Source: Camelus dromedarius
Taxonomy: Eukaryota
NCBI RefSeq assembly: GCF_036321535.1
Contig: NC_087437.1
Location: forward strand, 33,296,001 to 33,360,000
Length of the DNA: 64,000 bases
Reading direction: 5' to 3'
Part shown: in pieces, positions 50,655 to 63,522 of the stretch
Numbering within the stretch: the stretch's first letter is position 1
Layout: the number at the start of each line of letters is the position of its first letter
Notes under the pieces: model-generated
Database searches by the model: none
What the model was told of the DNA's origin: nothing
The model's input: the letters and a program-made list of their open reading frames with translations, nothing else
Translations under genes and position numbers: made by a program

Positions 50655-51118
50655 GGATGTTTTTGTTTCTTAGAGTTGCCATAACAAAGCACCACAACTG
50701 AGTGTCTTAAAACAACGTAGTTTATTCTTCCGTAGTTCTTGAAGTCAGAAGTCTTACATCAAAGTGTTGGCAGCGTTGGGTCCTTTCTGAAGACTCTAGG
50801 AGAGGATCCTTCCTTGCTTATTCCAGCTTCTGGTAGGTCCAGGTGTTACTTGGCTTGTGGTGGTGAAGCTCAGATCTCTGCCTCTGTCTGTGCCTGGCTT
50901 CTCCCCTGAGTTTCTTCTCTTCTGTCTGAGTCTTCTTTCCTTATAGAGTTCTTGTCATTGAATTTAAGTCTGTCTGGTTAATACAAGATAATCTCATCTG
51001 AAGATCCTTCACTTAATTGCAGTGGGAAAGACCATTTTTTCCAAGTAAGGTCACATTCACAGGTTCTGGGACTTCAGACTCAGAGATATCTTTTTGGGGC
51101 CACAACTCAACCCATTAA
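50655..51118 (-). mobile_element. MaLR solo LTR (MLT1B/C/D-like)
   Basis: gttgccataacaaagcaccacaact...gataatctcatctgaagatcctt...taaggtcacattcacaggttctgg. Confidence 0.9.
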
Positions 51119-51129
51119 TTAATTAAGAG

Positions 51130-51262
51130 CATCGGATAAATGTTAATTTTGTGGTGTGCTAATTATACTAAGATGCTAATATTAGGAAATTTGGGTGTAT
51201 TATTTTCACAGCTTTTCAGTAAGTCTAAAATTATTTCCAAATGAAAAGTTAAAAAAAAGAAA
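51130..51262 (+). mobile_element. Old L1 extreme 3' end
   Basis: cacagcttttcagtaagtctaaaattatttccaaatgaaaagttaaaaaaaa. Confidence 0.65.
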
Positions 51263-53999
51263 GATCCTTGAACCCAACTTCAAGCTTACTGAACAAGAGG
51301 AGGAGATGTGCATTTAATATTAATAAGTGCTCTAGGTAATCCTTATGTAGACTCAGAAATTATAATTCTCCTTTTAGAGAAAAGAAATACAACATAAAAC
51401 AAGTGTCTTTCCTTGTCCAGCATTGGTTACAGGAGATTTATAGGTAACGATTCAGTATATGGCTTTTACAGGTGAAAGTGGATGATACCCCGACTAGAGT
51501 TTGCCTGGTGGCCCTGGGTTTGTTTGAGAACGAGTTTAAGACTAAAACTTTAATGTTGCAACATATTTGAGTTTAACTCTTTTATAAGTTTTCATTATTT
51601 CAGCAGTGCTGGCATCTACTCTATAATCTCCTGTGCAATGAATTGTGTTTCCTTTGTTTTATGCCATGGGCATTGATTGGTTGCTTTTGAAGTGGGATTT
51701 CAACCATTACAGATAGAAGTATGATTCTACTTTAGTTCCATAATGTTAAAAATTTCAGTTTAGATGCTTTGCACTGCAGCCTCTCTGGTATTTAGTCCTT
51801 TCAACAGCCTAATTTACTGATCATTGTGATGGTGGCTTCTGCAGAGTTACTAGTTGGAAAGTGAAAGAGTTTAAAACTCAGCCAGCTGTTTTGCGGACTT
51901 GACATTGACACAGTAGATTAACTGATGTTTTTCTTTGAATAACTGAATTTCTTTGTGTCAATTGGCTAGTGGTTCTGGTGTCTACAAACTAAGCTTTAAC
52001 CTACTCCAAAGGTGTGTACCATCTAAGTCCACTGCTCCTGTACAACTGCCTTAAGAGAACCTTGTCCAGAAGAGCAGGTAACACAAGGGGTGTGTGCTCA
52101 CGGTCACTCTGCAAAGCCCTTCCCAGGTCCTGTCTGAGGCCACCAAGGGGAGGAGCCTCTGCATCTGTGTAGACTGATGTGGGAAAGTTGGCCAGAGAAA
52201 GCATATAAATATTAAAAGGCTTCCAGTGCCACATCAAGGGATCAAGTGAAAGAAGGGAATAAAACAATTTTGCCTGTGTAGGGATATGTGGATGTATTTT
52301 CTTCTTGGAGCATGAGTTTGGTTCATAGCTAGAGTCTTGCAAGTGAGGAGAATACATGCAGTTAGAATAGTAAAGACGAAAGGGGGTCTGAGAGACAGAA
52401 GGAGAGAGAGAGAAATTAGGGTAAAACAAAGCAGGGAAGAGACGAATTCTCCCCAGTCGGCCTGAGATAAACTCAAGACCTTCAGCTGTATAACTCTTTG
52501 AATTCTGCTCTTAAATTTCAGCCATAGGTTCATTACTTACCAATATATTTGATCTATTTGATCACTTCTTACATCCCAGCTTGACATGTTAGTTGTTTTA
52601 AATTGCTGGAATACAAAGTTAAATCCTGTGTTTGAAGAAGACTAGCAGAAGCCTTCACAATTCTCCTCCTGGTCCTTAAATTCTAACCATGAATTCTGCA
52701 CTTCAACACAGATTACAAGTAAGAGTATTTTGTTCACATACAACATGATGGTGTTGAGCCTCCTTCTGTTGATGTCTGTGAGCCTGGAGTTGGTGGTGCC
52801 AAAATCTTTTACACAACACACGGCCTAGGATACTATTGGGAGAGACTTATGGGGGTGTCTGTTACAAACTTTACTTTTTAGTGCCCATTACAAGATGACG
52901 ATGTGTACTGATTTAGGATTGAAATTAAATTATGATAACATTTTAACATTTTAACATTTTGGCTATGAATGTTGACATCTATAAAAATGATTACTTTTAT
53001 ATGTTGAATCACCTCACATTAAATGTTGTTTTTCTATTTATTCATTCTTATAGCACCTTCCTCCTCTCTCCCTGTCACAGTACTGTGCATATGATAGGTG
53101 CTCAATAAATATTTAGTAACAAAAAAATGGTAATAGAGGAGTTTTGAAAACTTTCACCTACTACAAAAGGGCATATTTTTAGGGAAAGAGCAAGCAGTTT
53201 GCTTTTAGATATGTATTCACTTAACATTCATTGTGAACTTACTACATTCCAGATATTTTCCTAGGGAACCAGTGATGAATGGGACATGGTCCTTGAGCTC
53301 ACACTCAAGTTAGGGAGATGGCCAGTAGTACAGGGTTGTCACCAATTACTTAAGGGTCCTAGTTTGCTCAGTTAGTATGCTGTCCCCACTTCCTAAGATA
53401 AGTATAGGCTTTCCCCACCACTAAGAGTTCAAGACTCTCTGCTCCTGTGTCTTTCTGGATTTCCTGGGGTGGGGAGTTTTGATGGGATGAGAGCCAAGTA
53501 CTGTCTGCTGCTATGGGGGTGCTGGGCAGTCTAGTGTGAGGTGAGGGGAAGGATGGGAGAGGAGAAGGACATCCTCTCGGATACAGAAGAGGGATCAGGC
53601 GGCACAGACTTGGGTGCAGGACATGGGAGGCTCTCCTCGAAGATGAAGGCTGAGCTGTCCTTGAGCACGGACTCAGTTCCAACATGGCTTCCATTGGTTC
53701 TCAGGTCTCAGGGATCCCATCTCTTTAGATCTCCTTTACCACACTTACTCCCCTTTTGGCTAGTCCTCTTGAGTCCCACTCTTCCCTCTGATTCTGCCAC
53801 ATAAATTCCTCTCTGTTCTCTTCTTTAATAACAACTTACTGGCAAGACACCCTCTACCCCCCAACTTTTTCCTAAAGTTTCTGGAGGTCAGGAATAAAAC
53901 CTTCAAATGCTCCCAGGTGGTGAGGGGACATGTTTCCTTTCATTCTGACTGCAGCAAAAGAGAGGAAGAAGACAGAACATTTCCATTTCCAAATTAAAA

Positions 54000-54370
54000 C
54001 AGGTTAGCTCATTTATAATCACAGGTAGACACAAATAATTGCAGTAGGAAGCCAGCGAGCTTTAGTAGAGGCAGGTAGAAAATTTATGAGAGCAAAGAGG
54101 AGAGAGCCAGAGGTGAGTGCAGCCTTCCCTGGGGAAGTGATGCTGGAGCTGGGCCTTGGGAGATGTGTGAGATATTGAGAGAGAATTCCAGGTGGAAAAA
54201 AGAAGAGGATGGAGCCACAGAGAAAAGAGCTTTGGGCCAGCTGGGGTGGGTTCTGTAGGAGAATGGTGGGTGCTGAGGCAGGGTGGCTGGGGAAGAGCCA
54301 GACTGTGATCAGCTGTGTAAAGTGTGCTAAGGGGTTGGGTCTTGACCTTCCAGGCAGTGGGAAACTATTA
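54000..54370 (-). mobile_element. L2 fragment
   Basis: cttccctggggaagtgatgctggagctgggccttg...attccaggtgga...caggcagtgggaa. Confidence 0.6.
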
Positions 54371-55649
54371 CCTAAAACTCACAGAGGCACCCTTCCCTGT
54401 CCTCCCTCTAAATCAGTCTAGATGTTAATAGCATTCCTCGGTCATCCTGCCAGCTTGGGCTCTCCTGAGAAGCTGGTGAGCAGCTGTCATCTAGTAAATG
54501 GACCACACGTTTAGTAGGAAGGGCTCTGCCTTCTCTCATTTCTTCCGGCCTGTCTAGGTAATCAATACTTGTATATCAACAGAGAGCTGAAAAAAAAAAA
54601 AAAAAAGAAAGGAAGATAAATTATAGTTGTTGAGTAAGATGGAACCTTCAGATTCATGGAGACCTTAGAGGGAAGAGCAAGGTCTAATCGGCATTTGTTA
54701 TCTTCTTGGCTTGGGCTCAGGTGATGAATGAAAATGGACTGATGGGCACAGGTGACAAGGCCTGGTGCTCCTAGAGTGATGAACTCCTGCCATGCTTGTC
54801 CACTCACTTTCCTGGAAAATGAGTTGGCTTCACTTTTTCCTTTGTTTTCCTCTTGCCGTCAAAAAAAAAAAAATCATTTAAAAAATAGATTAAAGAGCTA
54901 TCACTTATCATGCCATGAGTTTAAAAGAGTGAGTTTAAATCCAAAAATAGTTTTAAGTAATCCATTTAGAAGAATGCCAAAGAAGGTTAAAATTTACCAG
55001 GAAAGACATATAAACATTCAAGTTTTACCCTTTTCGGATATCACCTGGGGGGATATTTATCCTTTCAGGGCTCACTTTATCTATACAGTTTTCATCTTGA
55101 AACTGTCCCAGAGCCTCACAGGACCAACCCGGTGTATTTACTGCAGTAAATCTCTTGCACTGAGGGGTACAGCCAGCAACAGCCTGGGTGAGTTATTATG
55201 TATGCCAGAGTGAAAATGAACTGCTCACTTGAAGGGCACAAATGTTGGGAGTTACCTGAGGGCATTTTGAAAATGGCTAGTGTCTGTAACTGTGATTTCA
55301 AAAAGGACACCTCATCTAATTAAAGGCAGTAGGCATCACATTAAAGTTGTAAATCATGTGCTTGGAATTTCATTTAGAACATTTACCTGGACATTTGACT
55401 CTGGGTGAGGTGAGAGATGCCTCCCGACTCTGTTTTTAAGGGCAGAAATCTGTCTGCCTCCGTTGTAGTTAACTCCTAAACTTTCCTGGCAGAACCTCCC
55501 CCCAGCCTTCCCTCTCCTGCAGATTTCTCCACTTGGTGCTGGGGGCCTGGTGCTGTCAGTGTTAGGGTGAAAGCAGACAGGTAGTTGGTTAAGAGCCCTC
55601 CTTGATGCTGGTGGATGCGAAGCCTGGGGGTAGAGAGAGAGGCATTGCT

Positions 55650-55932
55650 GTTCTTTTCTTTTCCTTCCCTTTCCCTTCCATTTCCTTCTTTCCTTCTTCC
55701 TTTCTTCCTTCCTTTCTTTCTTTTCCTTCCTTCCTTCCTTCCTTCCTCCTTCCCTCCCTCCCTCTTTCTTTTCTTTTCTTTTCTTTTCCCTTTTCTTTTC
55801 TTTTCTTTTCTTTTCTTTTCTTTTCTTTTCTTTTCTTTTCTTTTCTTTTCTTTTCTTTCCCTTCCTTCCTCCTTCCCTTCCCTTCCCGAAATCCCTTCCC
55901 TTCCCTTCCCTTTCATTTCCTTTCCTTTTTTC
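55650..55932. repeat. About 280-bp polypyrimidine/polypurine tract: (CCTT)n, (TTTTC)n, (CCCTT)n
   Basis: Almost pure C/T on the plus strand; it produces the spurious K/R/E-rich and F/S/L-rich ORFs. Confidence 0.98.
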
Positions 55933-56249
55933 TATCCTCTGCCACTTCAAAAACATTTATCAAATGGAGTAACAGAGACCTGACTTGTACTTCGTCTAAA
56001 TTCATGACGATCTTGTGGGCTTTGGTTAGCTGAGGTTCATAGACTGTGCTAAGTTTTCTTCCTAAAAAAGGTAGGAAATTGCCCATGGGGTGTCATTGCA
56101 GGCCCTGTCTTCATTTAGAATCCTGGCATCTTAGAATCTTACATGCTTGGGCTCACACTTGAGATTTGGGTTCAGTAATTTTGGGGTGGGGGTGCCCAGA
56201 AATCTGATTTTTTAGACAGACATTTGAGGCGATTATTTTTTAATAGAAT

Positions 56250-57105
56250 ATTGCTTATTTAATTATTAAAAATTTTTATTATAGAAATTTTCGAGTAGCC
56301 ACACAAATAAAGTTGAGTAATGAACCTCCATACATACATCCCCCAGTTCCACCAATTATCAATATTTTTCATTTTGTCTGTGTACCCATTAAAATTTTTT
56401 CCTCATGTATTTTAAAACCAATCCATTACATTAGTTTATTTAATGAGTAAATATTTAACTAGGCATTTCCAACATGTTTTTGTTTTTACATACCACTATG
56501 GCATGTCATAACCAACAAAATTAATAATTCTATAGTAACAGTTAATACTTGGCCCACTTTCAAATCTCTCTATGTCAAAAATAGCTTTCTGTGGTTGGCT
56601 TGTTTAAATCTATATACATTGCAGTAGTATGCTCTGTGTCTTTATTTTGTATGACTCCCCATTTTTTAAAGACACTGATTTGTAGAGAAACCAGACCTTC
56701 TCCAACTTTAATATAAATCACCAGTGAATCTTAAGTGCAGATGCTGACTCAGCAGATCTGAGGTAGGCCTGCAATGCTATGTTTCTGTCTTTCAGGTGAG
56801 GCTGAAGCTGTTGAGGGTTGGGGAGATAGGGAACCATACTTTGAGTAGCAAGGCTGTAGGAATGTCCCACGTTCTAGATTTGGCTGAGTCTGTCCCTGGG
56901 TGTTGTATAACCTGTCTTGACCCCTGTGTTGCCTATAGATGGGAGTTTGGATATTAGATAGGTTTGATTTAGATTCAGTTTTAGTTTTTTAAAATTTGGC
57001 AAGAATTTTTTAGTAATTGGAGTTATCTACTTCTTATTGTATTATATAAGGAGACACATAACGTTGTGTTATTCCATTTTTAGTGATGCTAAGATTGATC
57101 ATGGA
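56250..57105 (-). mobile_element. Old L1 3' UTR (L1MC/ME-like) split by a MER5 element
   Basis: tttattatagaaattttc...taatgaacctccat...aggaatgtcccacgttctagatttggctga...gtgatgctaagattgatca. Confidence 0.7.
56690..56853. mobile_element. MER5A-like MITE
   Basis: aatcacc..gaatctt..tgcagatgctgactcagcagatctgaggtaggcctg...accatactttgagtagcaagg. Confidence 0.75.
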
Positions 57106-57184
57106 TTAAATCCCAGATAATTCTGATTCAGAAGTTCCATGAATGAAGATATGAAAAGCTACCTTAAACTAATATTGTGGTTAA

Positions 57185-57412
57185 AAATAGTGGCAATAAC
57201 TTCTGTTTATTAAGGGCTTGTTATGTGTCAGGCACTATTTTAAGTATTTAAATGTATTAAATTATTTAATTCTAACAATAACCCCAGGAGGTAGGTACTA
57301 TTATTAGTCCCCCATTTAAAATAGAGAAACTGAGTCTTGGAGATAAGTAAGTTAACTTACTTGCCCAGGATCACACAGCTAGTAGCTGTCAAAGCAGGAT
57401 TCAAACCTCTGC
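57185..57412 (-). mobile_element. MIR SINE, near full length
   Basis: tatgtgtcaggcact...ggaggtaggtactattatt..gagaaactgag...cttgcccaggatcacacagctagt. Confidence 0.92.
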
Positions 57413-57755
57413 AGTAGGGTACTATTTATGCCTATCAAATAAAATGCAAAAGTCCTGATGAGAGTAACCATCATTTATACCACCTAGTCTGACAAGTTGG
57501 CCCATTTTATACTCTGCAAGCTGATATCAATTTATACACATTCATATAAACAAACTCCCCTTGTCTTTTTCAGAGAAGTTTTTCATAAGTGGGGAGGAGG
57601 CAGATGACAGTGAAGTTGGGAGTGGAAGAATAAGTAGGGAGCAATTAAGAAAGAGGGCAGGAGATGGGGAGAGGTAAGGGGACGCTCAGTGCTAAGAAGG
57701 GTGGGACATAGGGCTACCTGATTTGAATTAGGTAGACCTGACCATGCCCTGACCT

Positions 57756-58475
57756 GCTGTACAAGTTAGCTAACTGCAAAGTTAGAGGCAACAAAGTCTA
57801 TACGAGACCGCTCTTACTTCTGGAATTAACTATGAATTTGAAGGGGGTTCCAAAACCACCCTCATGTTTGACAACTTTCTAAAGGGACTCAGAGAACTCC
57901 CTGAAGCCATCGCCATGTTTGTGGTTTATTGTAGGGAAGGTTACAGATTAAAATCAGCTGAGGGAAAAGATGCATAGGGCAGAGTCCAGGAAAAGAACCC
58001 CACGTGGAACTTCCAGTCATCATCTCCCCGTGGAGTCAGGATAGCTGTTACTCTTCTGGCATCAGTGTGCGACAGTACTCACGGAGTAGGGATGCTCACA
58101 TGAGTCTCGGGATTCAGAGTGTTCGTTCACAGGGCTCCATCATACAGGCGTGATTGATTGCTCACAGGGTTGATCTCAGTCTCTGATCTTCAGTCCTTCT
58201 GGAGGTTGACTTGCACCACTGATACCAAAGTCCCCACCGTAAAGCATATTATTAATACCTAACGTGGCCAGTCTCCACCCTGTGGCTCTCTGGTGAGCCA
58301 GCATTACTCACAATCACGTCGTTAGGCTGTCCTGTGTGACCCAAGGCCAAGGCAAACAGAGATACTCCTATCAGACATGGCATTCTGAGGGTTTAGAGAT
58401 TATATCTCAGAAGCCAAGGGCAAAGGCCAGACCTCTTTTTACCGCTTTTTGAACAAAATTAAATTTTTTAGTACA
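57756..58475 (-). mobile_element. ERVL-class solo LTR (MER21C-like)
   Basis: Reverse complement of the right end, TGTACTAAAAAATTTAA...GAGGTCTGGCCTTTGCCCTTGGCTTCTGAGATATAATCTCTAAACCC, matches the recalled MER21C 5' end. Confidence 0.8.
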
Positions 58476-58942
58476 TACCTATCATTGTAGCAGGATGGGG
58501 AGCTTTAACCCGCCCACCTGGTTCCACTGAGTACCTCATGGAGACAGTTCATCCCCACTCAGAGGGTGAGAGCCCATTCTTGAGCCTATTCCAGTCATCC
58601 CAACATATGAGGGAGATGAGTCTGAGAGAGGAGGGGTTTGCCTTACTTTGTGTCCCCATTCTGTTAGCACATTGGGCAAGTGGTGTGTGTAAACACTGGG
58701 TGACTTTGCAAGTTCTATTTAATAGCTTAATTTGTCTTGGGGCATGTGAGATACTAAACCAGAGAAAACCAATGCCATACTTGATCTTAGCAAAAATGAT
58801 GTAAAGCAGCTACACTCCAAGAAATGATCAGGCTTAGTTTAGGGATTATAAAGTTAATGGACATTGTGGAATCTTAGTTTCCTTCTGAACCTTCAGAAAA
58901 GTTGTAAAGTCGATTTTACAACTGCAATTAAAAAGAATTCAA

Positions 58943-59059
58943 ATTCTTTTTCATTAAATGAAAAACATATGTATGTATATGCATAACTGGGACATTGTGC
59001 TGTATGTCAGTAATTGACACATTGTAACTGACTATACTTCAATTAAAAAAGAAATTAAA
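58943..59059 (+). mobile_element. Severely 5'-truncated young L1 with 14-nt 5' inversion and TSD
   Basis: aattgacacattgtaactgactatacttcaattaaaaaa; TSD aaaaagaattcaaatt (58930-58945) / aaaaagaatttaagtt (59060-59075). Confidence 0.85.
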
Positions 59060-59824
59060 AAAAAGAATTTAAGTTTACTTAACTCTTCTTCTAGCCTGTT
59101 GAAACTTCACTTCATCATCTCACACAGACATCTACCTCTCCTAATTGTAGAAACTCTCAGGAGAATCTGTTAGATGGGGTTCTTTGTCACCCTATAACTG
59201 CAAAAGCTGTGCATTGACCATAGGCCATTCAGCAGATACCCCACTGTCTGCTAGGTTAGTGCATTTTGGCACTCAGATGAAAAGGTTTATCCTAAACATC
59301 TACCTTTGACTAGAGGAAGGAGCTTTGATGATGGATCTTCCCAGCAGAAACCTTGTTTTACTCGTCTACATCCTCAGTGCCCAGCCCAGGGTTTGGCAGA
59401 CATTAGGCATTGCCTGCGAGCCTTCAGAAGGAACCCTGAAAATAATGGTTTCTGTGTGAAGGCCTGCTGTGTCCAGGTTAGCACTAGTTTGGAAAACTCT
59501 TTTAAAAAGTAAAAAAAATGAGTTACTGAAATAATCCAGACTATTCAGAAAAAAACAAAAGGATAAAGTTAAAACAAAACAGGAAGCCAGTCATGGCATA
59601 AAATTTTGGAAAACAGTAGTTTTCATTTGTTCTCAAGGTGCTAAAGTACCACTGATGGGAAGAACAAGAGGAGAGAATGAAAAACTTAATAACATAATAA
59701 ACATAATAGAATGATTAATAAAACTTGTTATCAACTTAATTGGCTAAAAATAACAATGATTATTTATTTATTGTTAGTTTAAAAAAAACCGTGTTAAGTG
59801 ATGGGGCATTCTAGTCTTCTTGGT

Positions 59825-60645
59825 CTTTTTATTTAAGAAAATTTTAATTGAAATATTTCACATGTAAATGAAATCATTACAGTATTTCTCTTTCTCTGAT
59901 TTATTTCACTTAACGTAGTACCTTTTAGATCCATCCATGCTGTTGCAAATGACAATTTTTTTTAATGGCTTAGTAGTATTCGAATGTGTGTGTGTGACGT
60001 CTTCTTTATCCATTTGTCTACCAGTGGACACATAAGTTGCTTCCATATCTTGGCTATTGGAAATAAGGCTGCAGTGAACATTGGAGTGCAGATATCTTTT
60101 TGAATTAGTGTTTTTTGTTTTCTTTGGGTAAATGCCCTGGAGTGGAATTGCAGGATCATGTGGCAGTTCTATTTTAAAATTTCTTGAGGCACCTCCATAC
60201 TGTTTTCCACAGTGGCTGCACTGATTTACATTCCCACCAACAGTGTTCAAGATTCCCTTTCTCCACATCCTCACCAACACTTGTTATGTGTTGTCTTTTT
60301 GATGATAATCATTCTGAAAGGTGTGAGGTAATACCTCAGTGTGGTTTTGATTTGCATTCCTGATGATTAGTGATGTTGAAATTCTTTTCACGTGTCTGTT
60401 GGCCATTTGTAAGTCTTCTTTGGAAAAATGTCTATTCATGTCCCCTGCCCATTTTTAGTTGGATTGTTTGTCTTCTGATATTCAATTGTATGGGTTCTTT
60501 ATATGTTTTGAATATTAACCTCTTATTGGATTTGTTGTTTACAAGTATCTTCTCCCATTCAGTAGGTTGCCTTTTCAATATGTGGATAGTTTCCTTTGCT
60601 GTGCAAAAACTTTTTAGTTTGATGTAGTCCCATTTGTTTATTACA
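59825..60645 (-). mobile_element. L1 (L1MA9/cetartiodactyl-like) ORF2 C-terminus fragment
   Basis: ORFs 59906-60280 (KIELPHDPAIPLQGIYPK) and 59962-60159 (KDICTPMFTAALFPIAKIWKQ) are frameshifted L1 ORF2. Confidence 0.93.
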
Positions 60646-60649
60646 TTTT

Positions 60650-61500
60650 AAAAACTGTTTTATTGAGATTTGATTCACATACCACACAATCCACCCATTT
60701 AAAGTGTTCAATTCATTGTTTTTTTGATATATTTACAGATACACAGATAGGTACAACCATCACTGCAGTCAGTTTTAGAGTATTTTCATCACCTCAAACA
60801 GAAGTTCTGTACTCCTTAATTGTTATTCCCTTATCTCCCCCATGCCTTCTCCAGCCCTCAGCAACACTAATCTACTTTCTGTCTCTGTAGATTTCCCTGT
60901 TTTGAACATTTCATATGATGGAATCATATAATGTGTGGTCTTTCGTGTCTGGTTTCTTTCACTTAAAGTCTTCAAGGTTTGTTTGTGCTGTAGCATGTAT
61001 CAATACTCCATTTATAGGGCTGCCTGCTACTCCATTGTAACACATTTATATAATGCATTTTGTTTTTATCATCAGTTGATGGATATTTGGGTTGTTCCAT
61101 CTTCTGACTATTGTGAATAACATTGCTGAAAACATTCAAGTACAAGATTTTGGGTGGACATGTGATTTCATTTCTCCTGGGCATACACCTGAGAGTGGAA
61201 TTGCTGAGTCTTACAGAAACTCTATGTTTAATCATTTGAGTTGCGGTCAGACTGTTTTCCAGAATGGCTGCACCACTTTACATTCCCACCAGCAGTGTCT
61301 GAGGATTCTGATTTCTCCACATCCTTGCCAAAACTTACTTTCCATTAACTTTTTCTTTTATTATAGCCATCTAAGTAGATGTGAAGTGGTCTTTTATTAT
61401 GGCTCTGATTTTTATTTTCTTCATGGCTGATAAGGTCAGGCATCTTTTCATGTACTTATTAGTCATTTTTACATCTTCCTTGTACAAATGTCTATTGTTT
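60650..61500 (-). mobile_element. L1MB-like 3' fragment
   Basis: tttattgagatttgattcacatacc..cccatttaaagtg...gaatggctgcaccactttacattcccaccagcagtg. Confidence 0.9.
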
Positions 61501-62094
61501 TTCATTCTTAATATTTGATTTTTCTTAAGCTTCATCTGAAAAAGGTGTGTAATGCCTAGTTGTTAATAGACTAAATAAAATGATACATATAAGCATTTAG
61601 TTTGTGTCCAGCTCTCAATTAATGATTGTAATTATTGTCATCACTCACAACATCTCTGAACCTCTGTTTCTTCATCTCTATTACCCTGAAAATTTGTGAT
61701 TTTTCCCCCTACTATACCTCAATTATAATATAAATGTAATCACTGGTATTTAATATTAAATCATGTTCTGTGCCAAATACTAATGAATAGCATTATTTGA
61801 CTCCTGCCAACTATAATCAGGACATCCTGGGAATTCATTTGGAGGAACAGTGTGTAAACCTCAGATTCCACATGGTACAAGGATGGTGTAAAACATCTGT
61901 CACTGGAATGTCACAGCAAGAAACCTCAAGAGTTAAGTAGAACAAGAGTTAAGTAAAACTATAGTCATAGATGGAAAAACACTACCTAGCAGAGCTAACT
62001 CTTAGAATAAGAACAGTCACTTGCATAGCACTTACTATGTGCTATGCCCTGTTACAGCCTATGTAGATACACTTTTCAAATCTTCACACAAAAT

Positions 62095-62755
62095 ATGGAA
62101 TGAATGAAATGAACAAATACTTAATGAGTGCCTTCTGTGTCCCAGGTCCTGTACTCTTGCTGGTAAGCCAAATGGTGAGCCAAAAGGACACATTTTCTAC
62201 CTTCAGGGACTGCAGCCTAGAGAGGGAAGTGACAAGGCTCACCTAATCCCACCAATGAATGTGAATTTCACTGAGATGGAAGCCATGGAGGAATGGACAT
62301 GGTGCCATGCAATTGTATGCTGGAGGGGGATTGCTTTTCTGGGAAGTAATAACTGAGCTGAGAGATGGAAAGGTGTGCATTGATTGGAGTAGAGGAGTGA
62401 GATGCCAGAGGGAAGAGCTCGAGCCAGTTTCCTGTGGCTGGAGGAAGCAAGGTGAAGTTCAGAAACTGAAAGGTCAGGATGGCTGGAGGACAGAGAGCAA
62501 AGGAGGGGCATGTTATAATGTGGGCCAGAGCCCTGTAAAGCTCAAGAGAGATTTTGGTCTTTATTCTGAGAACAATAGGAAGTTGTTAAAAGATTGTAAT
62601 TAGGGGAACAACAGGACCAGATTTCTGTTACTGTGGCTGCAGTGTGGGAAACAAAAGGGAAGGGGCCTGAGGGGAATGAGGAGACCAGTACAGACAAAGA
62701 CTTAAATGAGCAAGTTGGAGAAGTCCAAGTTAATGAGGTAGATGACTCTGCTGGC
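62095..62755 (-). mobile_element. L2 3' end
   Basis: aacaaatacttaatgagtgccttctgtgtcccagg...gattttggtctttattctgagaacaataggaag. Confidence 0.8.
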
Positions 62756-63399
62756 AAGATTTGCCTTTGTAAGGCTTAGGTATTTGTCTTCCCAGTCATG
62801 CTGTGGGCTGTCTTCCAGGTGCCATCCAGTGTCTGACAGAAAAAAATCAATTTTCTAGACACATATGCTTATGACCCAGAGACAGAACATGGAAATGCTG
62901 AGCTCATCCAGGATGCTATTCTGTTATAAATCTTAGAATGCCTGAGATAACTCCTCTCTTGGTGCCTTTTTAGCCCCAGGCGTCCTGCAGGACCTAACTT
63001 TAAGTTCATCTCTTCCCTGATTTCTTTTCCCAGCACTCTGCCCTCTTTGATCTCTCCTTTTCTGAACTCCTATTGGATTTTGTAATCTATTTCTATTTTG
63101 GGCTTTGCAAGGTCAGCGCTTAGAGTCTTTCCTGCAGTTTGACTGCCTGCTGTCCCCAGGTGAAAATACCTTTTTATGACCTCATGTTCCAACAGCTGGG
63201 TTCTCCACAGGGAATGTTAACAGCAAGGTATAGCAGCATCCATTTCCACTAAATGATACCCAAGAACAATTGGCATCAGACTTACTTTTATTGGAATTAC
63301 TTTTATTAGAATCATGGAACAAATATACTATCTTATATGAATGACCTTTGAACTTAAGTAGATAATTACTACTACCATTGAGATCTAAGCTTTTTAAAA

Positions 63400-63522
63400 A
63401 AATTTATTTTAACCCCTTTTAGTCTGTTCTCCATGTTGTAATCTGAATACCTAGAAAAGTGCTTGGCACGTAGTAGTAGCTCAATAAATGTTTGATGAAT
63501 GAATGAATAGATGAATAAATGA
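63400..63522 (+). mobile_element. L2 tail
   Basis: cctagaaaagtgcttggcacgtagtag..ctcaataaatgtttgatgaatgaatgaat. Confidence 0.85.

Noticed and set aside
55354..56033. Four 120-200 aa ORFs rich in K/R/E or F/S/L
   Set aside because: They are translations of the simple-repeat tract, which has no stop codons.
61927..61958. 16-bp tandem duplication (similar short duplications near 22233, 43971 and 52937)
   Set aside because: Ordinary slippage duplications with no sign of function.
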